DNA of 64,000 nt from an uncultured Proteiniphilum sp. (lineage in GTDB: Bacteria; Bacteroidota; Bacteroidia; Bacteroidales; Dysgonomonadaceae), in NCBI GenBank assembly GCA_964446805.1, contig CAYUQE010000001.1:3626-67625 (forward strand), written 5' to 3'. The notes beneath the pieces are model-generated. The model had not been told where the DNA came from, ran no database searches, and saw only the letters and a list, made by a program, of their open reading frames with translations. The first letter of the stretch is position 1, and every line of letters starts with the position of its first letter. Position numbers and translations under genes: made by a program. Shown one piece after another: positions 57,227-64,000 of the stretch.

Positions 57227-59131
57227 ATGAAGAAAAGCATCCTGACATTAGTACTGATAGTTTTTACATTAAGCGGCATGGCCGGCTCATTGGAGAGAGG
57301 GATATCGATCATCCCGGAACCTGTTTCGATCGTGAAAATGGAGGGGCATTACCTGCTGCCCGAAGTAGTGACCATTGCAACTCCCTCAGGTGTGGAGACC
57401 GCCTTTCTTCAAAGGCTGTTGAAGGAGAAGCTATCGCTCGCCCCCGGTAAAAAGGTGACCATCAAAGAGAATGCCTCCAATGCCGATATTGAACTACTAT
57501 TGAACAAGAGAGCCGATGCAACCATTGGTGGAGAGGGATATCGATTGCTTGTGACAACGAAGAAAATCACCATCAGTGCTAATAAACCGGCTGGTCTGCT
57601 TTATGGTGTCCAGACGCTGTTCCAGTTGATGCCCCCTCAAATAGAGAGTGATCAACGAGAAGAGGCTGTATTATGGCAGCTACCCCTGGTGGAGGTGGTA
57701 GATTATCCCAGGGTGGGATGGAGAGGGTTGATGCTCGACGTATCTCGTCATTTCTTCACGGTGGAGGAGATAAAGCAATATCTCGATAACATGGTGAAAT
57801 ATAAATACAATCTTTTCCACTGGCACCTGACGGATGATGAGGGATGGCGCATTGAGATAAAAAGCATGCCGAAGCTGACCGAGGTGGGTGCCTGGCGCGC
57901 CCCTCAGACAGGCTGGTTTGGCAGCTTCGACCAGCCTCAGCCGGATGCACCCAAAAGCTATGGAGGCTTCTATACACAGGAGGAGATCAAGGAGGTGGTT
58001 CGTTATGCCATGGAACGAAACATCCAGGTGATGCCGGAGATTGATGTGCCCGGACACAGTTCGGCTGCACTTGCTGCTTATCCCGAGCTATCCTGCTTCC
58101 CCGGCAGTGATGATCATTTCGTGCGCACAGGGGCAACCTTCCTCGACTGGAATACGGGAGGACGTCCCGAGGCAATATATGAGAATACACTTTGTCCTGC
58201 CAACGAGAATGTGTATCTGTTCATGGAAAAAGTGATGGGAGAGGTCGCTGATCTCTTCCCCTTTGAATATATTCACACCGGGGGTGACGAGGCTCCTTAC
58301 ACCTTCTGGAAAAAGAGCCCTGCCGTGAAACAACTGATGGAGCGGGAGCAGATCAAAGATATGGCCGGCGTGCAATCCTATTTCGGTAAAAGGGTTGAGC
58401 AGATCATCCTTTCCAAAGGCAAGAAGATGATGGGATGGGATGAGATCCTGGAGGGGGGAATTACCCCCACCACCGCTTTGATGAGCTGGCGCGGCATAGA
58501 GTATGGCATTGAAGCATCCATCTCGGGTCATCAGGTGGTGATGAGTCCCACCAATCATGTATATATCGATTATATGCAAGGAGATGTTTCAACCGAGCCG
58601 CGTGTGTACAGTTCCTTACGGCTGAATCAGACTTACAGGTTCGATCCTGTGCCTGAAGGAGCTGATGAGAAGTTCATTCTTGGAGGGCAGGCCAACTTGT
58701 GGACAGAGCAGATCTACAATATACGTCAGGCTGAATATATGACCTGGCCCCGTGGTTTTGCCGTATCCGAATCGCTTTGGTCACCCGCGGAGAAAAAAGA
58801 TTGGTGCAGGTTTATTGCTAAAACGGAAGATCATTTTGTGCGATTCGATTTTGCACGTACAAAATATTCACCTGCGATATATGATCCCATGGTGACGGTC
58901 AAAAAAGAGGGGGAGGATTACTTGCTTATCCTCACCCCCGAGATTGAGGGACTCGACATCTACACCAGCTTCGACGCTTCCACCCCCGATAACTTCTACC
59001 CCCGTTATGGTGAGGCACAGCCCATACCCCGTGATGCCGAGCTCGTGCGTATCATCACCTACAGAGATAATAAGCCCATTGGCAGGCTCATGAGCATCAG
59101 TGTGGAGGATTTGAAAAAAAGAGCCAGATAG
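57227..59131 (+). CDS. GH20 beta-N-acetylhexosaminidase
   Basis: WRGLMLDVSRHF, HWHLTDDEGWR, PEIDVPGH, catalytic HTGGDE, GGQANLWTE; signal peptide; -7 element TAGTTTTG at 57109-57116. Confidence 0.94.
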   Translation: MKKSILTLVLIVFTLSGMAGSLERGISIIPEPVSIVKMEGHYLLPEVVTIATPSGVETAFLQRLLKEKLSLAPGKKVTIKENASNADIELLLNKRADATIGGEGYRLLVTTKKITISANKPAGLLYGVQTLFQLMPPQIESDQREEAVLWQLPLVEVVDYPRVGWRGLMLDVSRHFFTVEEIKQYLDNMVKYKYNLFHWHLTDDEGWRIEIKSMPKLTEVGAWRAPQTGWFGSFDQPQPDAPKSYGGFYTQEEIKEVVRYAMERNIQVMPEIDVPGHSSAALAAYPELSCFPGSDDHFVRTGATFLDWNTGGRPEAIYENTLCPANENVYLFMEKVMGEVADLFPFEYIHTGGDEAPYTFWKKSPAVKQLMEREQIKDMAGVQSYFGKRVEQIILSKGKKMMGWDEILEGGITPTTALMSWRGIEYGIEASISGHQVVMSPTNHVYIDYMQGDVSTEPRVYSSLRLNQTYRFDPVPEGADEKFILGGQANLWTEQIYNIRQAEYMTWPRGFAVSESLWSPAEKKDWCRFIAKTEDHFVRFDFARTKYSPAIYDPMVTVKKEGEDYLLILTPEIEGLDIYTSFDASTPDNFYPRYGEAQPIPRDAELVRIITYRDNKPIGRLMSISVEDLKKRAR

Positions 59132-59157
59132 ATATTGCGCAATGAAAAGAAAATCAC

Positions 59158-59165
59158 TATCTTTG
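59158..59165 (+). promoter_or_regulatory. sigmaA -7 element for rplY-pth-hslR
   Basis: TATCTTTG match. Confidence 0.7.
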
Positions 59166-59246
59166 CGCCGCTTTTTGAGAGCTCCCGTGTGATGGGAAAT
59201 AAAGAAAGCAGCTTTATTTTGAGTAACACATACAAACAATTGAACA

Positions 59247-59825
59247 ATGAAAAAATTTGAACTAAAAGGCGAAGTCAGAGCTGATTTCGGGAAAAAAGCG
59301 GCCAAGGCATACCGCAGTGAGAGCCTTATACCCTGTATCGTTTATGGTGGTCATGGTGAGGAAAACCTGAGCTTTGTCGTTAAAAACAGTGATGTACGCA
59401 ATCTGATTTACACTCCTGAGGTCTTTCTCGTTGATCTCGATCTGGGAACAAAAAAATTACAGGCTGTTGTGAAAGATGTGCAGTATCATCCTGTAAAAGA
59501 TACCATTCTTCATATTGATTTCTTGCATGTATTTGAAAAGTCACCCGTGGTGATTGAGATCCCTGTGCGTCTCGAAGGTCTCGCGGCAGGTGTGAGAGCT
59601 GGTGGTAAACTCTCGCTTGATGCGCGTAAGCTGAAAGTGAAAGCGGTGCCCTCCAAGTTGCCCGAAGTGCTGATTGTGAATGTGGAGAAGCTTGAACTGG
59701 GTAAATCGATCCAGGTGAGTGATCTGAAATTCGACGGTCTCGAGATCCTGAATTCAAAGAATGCTGTTGTTTGTCGCGTACAATTAACACGTGCTGCAAG
59801 AGGTGCTGCCGCCAAAGGTGACTAA
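59247..59825 (+). CDS. rplY: 50S ribosomal protein L25/Ctc
   Basis: [30 protein letters not shown]. Confidence 0.96.
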   Translation: MKKFELKGEVRADFGKKAAKAYRSESLIPCIVYGGHGEENLSFVVKNSDVRNLIYTPEVFLVDLDLGTKKLQAVVKDVQYHPVKDTILHIDFLHVFEKSPVVIEIPVRLEGLAAGVRAGGKLSLDARKLKVKAVPSKLPEVLIVNVEKLELGKSIQVSDLKFDGLEILNSKNAVVCRVQLTRAARGAAAKGD

Positions 59826-59845
59826 TTCTTAATGGGTTTATCGAT

Positions 59846-60406
59846 ATGAAATATTTGATTGCGGGATTGGGAAACATCGGACCCGATTATGAACAAACCC
59901 GCCACAATATAGGTTTCATGGTATTGGACGCTTTTGCAAAAGCGTCCAATATTGTTTTTGAAGAGAAACGGTATGGATATGTTGCCGAGATGCGGCTTAA
60001 AAACAAAACACTCATCCTGCTGAAGCCCTCCACATTTATGAATTTGAGTGGTAATGCCATTCGTTACTGGTTGCAGAAGGAGAAGATCGAGACAAGCAAC
60101 TTGCTGGTGATCGTGGATGATTTGGCTCTCTCATTTGGTACGTTGCGTTTGAAGACGAAGGGAAGTGATGCAGGACATAATGGCCTGAAACATATACAGG
60201 ATCTTATCGGACAGAACTACCCCCGTCTGCGATTTGGTATAGGGAATGATTTTCCTCGGGGATCACAGGTGAACTATGTGCTGGATGTATTTAGCGATGA
60301 GGAAAAGAGGCAGCTCCCGGAACGTTTCGAGACTGCTGTCGATATCATTCGCAGCTTCTGTCTCTCGGGTGTGAATGTGACGATGAATCAATATAATAAC
60401 AAGTGA
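59846..60406 (+). CDS. pth: Peptidyl-tRNA hydrolase
   Basis: [29 protein letters not shown]. Confidence 0.97.
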   Translation: MKYLIAGLGNIGPDYEQTRHNIGFMVLDAFAKASNIVFEEKRYGYVAEMRLKNKTLILLKPSTFMNLSGNAIRYWLQKEKIETSNLLVIVDDLALSFGTLRLKTKGSDAGHNGLKHIQDLIGQNYPRLRFGIGNDFPRGSQVNYVLDVFSDEEKRQLPERFETAVDIIRSFCLSGVNVTMNQYNNK

Positions 60407-60421
60407 TACCTCTCCTCTCCC

Positions 60422-60826
60422 ATGAACGAAGTACGAATAGACAAATGGTTGTGGGCGGTACGTATCTTTAAAACACGCACCGTTGCCTCCGAAGCCTGCA
60501 AGAAGGGGCGCGTAATGATGGGTGATGTCACCGTGAAACCATCAAGAAATATCCGTGAAGGTGAGGTCGTGCAGGTGCGTAAACCGCCCGTCACCTACTC
60601 GTTTAAGGTCTTAGCCCTCTCAGACAAGCGTATGGGAGCCAAACTGGTGCCACAGTTTATGGAAAATGTGACACCCCCCGAACAACTGGAGCTGCTGGAG
60701 CTGAACAGGATAAGCGGATTTGTCGACAGACAACGCGGTCAGGGTCGCCCCACAAAAAAGGAGCGGCGTGATCTGGAACAGTTTAATGGCTCGGTGGAGC
60801 TTGATACGTTCGATTGGGAAGAGTGA
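60422..60826 (+). CDS. hslR: S4-domain heat shock protein 15
   Basis: RIDKWLWAVRIFKTR, GRPTKKERR. Confidence 0.94.
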   Translation: MNEVRIDKWLWAVRIFKTRTVASEACKKGRVMMGDVTVKPSRNIREGEVVQVRKPPVTYSFKVLALSDKRMGAKLVPQFMENVTPPEQLELLELNRISGFVDRQRGQGRPTKKERRDLEQFNGSVELDTFDWEE

Positions 60827-60862
60827 GCGTGTAGAGATCTTCAGCAAAACAAACGGGTTCAC

Positions 60863-61579
60863 CTACACCAAAGCGCTTATTTTCCTGTCAGCACTACGAT
60901 ACACAGGGACAACCGTCACGGTGTTGTGCTGGAGACAGTAGCGGGCATCACTCTCCACGCCATTGTCAATTAATCGTTGGTAGTGATCACTCTTTTGAAG
61001 GTATGCCAACGGATCATGTTTTGCCTCCTGCCATAGTGCGGACGCCATTTTGATTGCATCGGATCCCAGCGTGAGATCACCCACGGCCGAGAGTGCTTCT
61101 GCAAAGGCGCCGCCGAAGAGCGTGTCCTCCATGTTTATTCGGTTATTCCACCCTGCACAGAGAATCACTACCCGATTGCTCTCTTTCATGCATCTGTTTG
61201 CCAGTGCAGCGATATTGGAGAAGGCGCCTATGTAAAGCATCCTGCTCTCTCTGCCCATCTCAATGGCCATTGTGCCATTGGTGGTGGTGAACACTATCTC
61301 CTTCCCCAGCACCTTCTCGCGGCTGTAGTCGAAAGGCGAGTTCCCGAAGTCGGCAAAATCACATCGACGTGTCTGTCGCTCAGCACCCACGAGATACCCC
61401 GCCGCTTTATACTTCATGGCATCTTCAATGGCGGGCACGGTGATAATGGCTGAAGCACCGTTATGGAGCATGGTACAGATGGTGGTGGAGGCACGGAAGA
61501 TATCCACGATGATCACGCTGTCGTTCTCTTTTTTATAAAAAGGATAGAGCGCGGGCGAAGGGCAAAGATCGAGCGTCAT
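60863..61579 (-). CDS. comB: 2-phosphosulfolactate phosphatase family protein
   Basis: VDIFRASTTI, GAER, FGNSP, TTTNGT, ED motif; -7 element at 61609-61616 favours ATG 61579. Confidence 0.88.
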   Translation of the reverse strand: MTLDLCPSPALYPFYKKENDSVIIVDIFRASTTICTMLHNGASAIITVPAIEDAMKYKAAGYLVGAERQTRRCDFADFGNSPFDYSREKVLGKEIVFTTTNGTMAIEMGRESRMLYIGAFSNIAALANRCMKESNRVVILCAGWNNRINMEDTLFGGAFAEALSAVGDLTLGSDAIKMASALWQEAKHDPLAYLQKSDHYQRLIDNGVESDARYCLQHNTVTVVPVYRSADRKISALV

Positions 61580-61729
61580 GGGGTGGTAATGCTTTAGATA
61601 TATTTGCACAAAGATATCGATATAATGATTCTATGCAAAATGAAGCGTGACAGCTTCGCTAAAAATTATCGTTTAGCAAGGTTAGGACGCTGCTTTTTCG
61701 TATCTTTCGGACTTATTAAATGTAGATCA

Positions 61730-62329
61730 ATGAATCACCCTTCATCCCCATCGCCCTTCATATCCCTTTATCATCTTATTCTTGCATCCCACTCACCACG
61801 ACGGAAAGAGTTGCTCTCGGGCATCGATCTGCACTATGAAATACGTACCCTGCCCGACATCGATGAGTCCTTTCCGGAAACACTCCCTCACAAGGAGGTG
61901 GCGGCTTATCTTGCACGAAAGAAAGCATCGGTCTATCTCCCTGAATTAAAAGAGAATGAGCTGCTTATTACCGCCGACACGATCGTGTTGCTGGACGGTA
62001 TGATCCTTGGTAAGCCCGACAACTACCTGGAAGCGAGGGAGATGCTATCGATGCTCTCTGGCAGGACGCACCGCGTAATCACCGGAGTCTGCTTCACCGC
62101 GACACATAAACAGACCTGCTTTTCAGATACCGCCTATGTTACTTTCGGAGCTCTTTCTGCGCAAGAGATCGATTATTATATCTCTCACTATACCCCTCTC
62201 GATAAGGCAGGTGCTTATGGCGTACAGGAATGGATTGGCTATGTGGCGGTGGAGAAAATTGAAGGCTCCTACTTCAATGTGATGGGTTTACCCATTTTCA
62301 AAGTATATCAGGAGCTAAAGCGGTTTTAA
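61730..62329 (+). CDS. maf: Maf-family nucleoside triphosphate pyrophosphatase
   Basis: LASHSPRR, ITADTIV, ILGKP, DKAGAYGVQ, NVMGLP. Confidence 0.94.
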   Translation: MNHPSSPSPFISLYHLILASHSPRRKELLSGIDLHYEIRTLPDIDESFPETLPHKEVAAYLARKKASVYLPELKENELLITADTIVLLDGMILGKPDNYLEAREMLSMLSGRTHRVITGVCFTATHKQTCFSDTAYVTFGALSAQEIDYYISHYTPLDKAGAYGVQEWIGYVAVEKIEGSYFNVMGLPIFKVYQELKRF

Positions 62330-62343
62330 AAAAAATATTCTTC

Positions 62344-62351
62344 TATCTTTG
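62344..62351 (+). promoter_or_regulatory. sigmaA -7 element for the aspartokinase gene
   Basis: TATCTTTG 40 nt upstream of ATG 62392. Confidence 0.65.
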
Positions 62352-62391
62352 CGCATGAATTGATAGAGGTTCAACTAACACTTTGTATCCC

Positions 62392-63804
62392 ATGCTTACA
62401 GTAGAAAAAATTGGAGGTACCTCCATGTCTCAGTTTCAGGACGTACTGCAGAACATCATCAGAGGTAACCGTAAGGGCGATGCGTTGTACAACCGCATAT
62501 TTGTGGTCTCCGCTTATAATAACGTCACCAACTGGTTGCTTGAACATAAAAAAACCGGTGAACCCGGTATCTACAATAAATTCCTAGGTGGAGAAGATTA
62601 TAGCAGCGCCCTGGATTCATTTTGTCAACGCCTCCTGCTGATCAACGATGGCTTTGCCGATTACGGCCTTGACCTGAAGGAGGCCCGCGACTTTATTCGT
62701 TTTCGTGTGGATCAGGCCAAAACAGTACTCTACAGCTTGGGGAAAGTGCTTGCTTCGGGATATGTAAACCGCACCGAGATTCATCTGGCTGCACGGGAGA
62801 TTCTGGCATCCATCGGTGAGGCGCATTCTGCCTGGAACTCAGTCAATATACTGAATAACAACGGCATCAATGCCCGTTTCATCGATCTCTGCGGGTTTAA
62901 CGACAACGAGCCGCTGACCATCGATGAGCGCATCCATAAGGAGTTTAAAGGCATTGACTTCAGCAAGGTGCTTTGCATCGTGACCGGATATACAAAAGGT
63001 ACGGAGGGTATTATGCGTGCATTTGACCGCGGTTACAGCGAGGTGACCTTCAGTAAGATCGCTGTGGAGGTGAAAGCGGATGAGGCTGTGATACATAAGG
63101 AGTACCACCTCTCGAGTGCCGATCCGAAGATTGTAGGTGTGGAGAACAGTATACCCGTGGGACATACCAACTATATCATCGCCGACCAGCTGGCCGATAT
63201 AGGGATGGAAGCCATTCATCCCAAGGCAGCCAAGCCACTGGAGCTGGCAGGTATTGATATCCGCATAAAGAACACCTTCGAGCCGGAGCATCCCGGAACG
63301 CTTATATCCAGCGATTATATCTCACCGGAGCCAAGGGTGGAGATCGTGTCCGGTTCACGTAAAGTGATTGCCATTGAAGTGCACGACCCGATGATGGTAG
63401 GCGAGGTGGGTTTCGACGGCCGCATCATGGATTATTTTGTGAAACTCGATGTGAGTTACATTTTAAAATCGACCAATGCCAACTCCATCACGATGGTCGT
63501 CTGGGATAATGAGAAAAGCCACGAATTGATAAAAATTCTCAAGGAGGTGTTTTATCAGGTAAATGCACTACCCATGGCCATCATTTGTGCCATGGGCTCC
63601 AACATTGCACTTCCGGGATTTCTGTATCATGCCACGAAAGCGTTGTACGAGAAAGGTATTAACGTGGAGAGTTTTGCTCAGTCGCTGATGCAGGTAAATA
63701 TGCAGTTTATCATTCAGCGTGACCATTACGAGGAGGCAGTGATCGCGCTGAACGACGCGTTGTGCAAGTCATCCCTCTACTCATCCTCTTCCTCAAAGGT
63801 CTGA
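62392..63804 (+). CDS. ask: Aspartate kinase of the ectoine-associated (Ask_Ect / PRK09181-like) type
   Basis: TVEKIGGTSMS, LYNRIFVVSAY, LLEHKKTGEPG, FDRGYSE.TFS, IHKEYHLSSADP, GMEAIHPKAAK, KNTFEPEHPGTLI, QVNMQF. Confidence 0.9.
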   Translation: MLTVEKIGGTSMSQFQDVLQNIIRGNRKGDALYNRIFVVSAYNNVTNWLLEHKKTGEPGIYNKFLGGEDYSSALDSFCQRLLLINDGFADYGLDLKEARDFIRFRVDQAKTVLYSLGKVLASGYVNRTEIHLAAREILASIGEAHSAWNSVNILNNNGINARFIDLCGFNDNEPLTIDERIHKEFKGIDFSKVLCIVTGYTKGTEGIMRAFDRGYSEVTFSKIAVEVKADEAVIHKEYHLSSADPKIVGVENSIPVGHTNYIIADQLADIGMEAIHPKAAKPLELAGIDIRIKNTFEPEHPGTLISSDYISPEPRVEIVSGSRKVIAIEVHDPMMVGEVGFDGRIMDYFVKLDVSYILKSTNANSITMVVWDNEKSHELIKILKEVFYQVNALPMAIICAMGSNIALPGFLYHATKALYEKGINVESFAQSLMQVNMQFIIQRDHYEEAVIALNDALCKSSLYSSSSSKV

Positions 63805-64000
63805 TAAAGAAAATCGTTGTAGGGGAAACGGGAGATATGGATCTCTTTCACTCTGTCGTAGATTAGCTGCTTCAGCTCTTCAATGTTTTCCTTTTCCTTA
63901 GCCGAGATAAAGATGCAGTTGGCATTGATCTTGCTAAACCAGCTCTGTTGCAGCTCTTCAAGGGTGTAGTTGTTCCTGTGTTTAGGTGTCAGGTCGTCCT
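63777..64000 (-). CDS. hflX: GTPase HflX, C-terminal fragment (missing from ORF track)
   Basis: Manual translation DDLTPKHRNNYTLEELQQSWFSKINANCIFISAKEKENIEELKQLIYDRVKEIHISRFPYNDFLYQTFEEEDE*, recognised as the Bacteroidales HflX tail. Confidence 0.85.
   Translation of the reverse strand, partial: DDLTPKHRNNYTLEELQQSWFSKINANCIFISAKEKENIEELKQLIYDRVKEIHISRFPYNDFLYQTFEEEDE

Noticed and set aside
1-64000. CRISPR array, tRNA/rRNA, IS elements, riboswitch upstream of ribD, pseudogenes
   Set aside because: No repeat-spacer pattern or RNA-gene motifs were seen in the short spacers, no FMN-riboswitch motif was recognised, and all recognised genes appear full length.

Overview
This is a 64 kb, mostly core-genome window from a Bacteroidales bacterium. 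Gene content, synteny, porG and TAnnTTTG promoters suggest a Dysgonomonadaceae/Porphyromonadaceae-like organism (inference). In order it contains: lptG(partial)-tgt; lipA-lipB; the moxR-DUF58-batABCDE-PAP2 operon followed by a small HTH gene and a DUF2007-USP gene; the outer-membrane biogenesis operon (DUF6242 lipoprotein-porG-uppS-bamA-ompH-ompH); ribD/prmC-recX-comF-pyrE-SRPBCC; a ~13 kb fucose cluster (fucR-fucI-fucU-fucP-GH29-GH29-GH3-GH95); NigD-like lipoprotein, ygiQ, sulP, DUF4294, acyl-CoA ligase, leuS, YitT and an FAD/Fe-S hydroxyacid dehydrogenase; nusB-yajC-ybbR-coaE; a GH20; rplY-pth-hslR; comB; maf; an ectoine-type aspartokinase; and hflX(partial). I saw no tRNA, rRNA, CRISPR array, transposase or integrase. 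I cannot demonstrate a wholly new system. The best leads are: (1) an orphan Ask_Ect-type aspartokinase with no ectABC nearby; (2) a fucose cluster with three fucosidases and an RbsD/FucU-type mutarotase but no fucK, fucA or susCD; (3) a (GGY)n/(GGGY)n repeat in a predicted extracellular loop of BamA; and (4) several cis-regulatory oddities, namely ECF-like promoters, a ribD promoter embedded in prmC, and a pentamer-repeat operator candidate.
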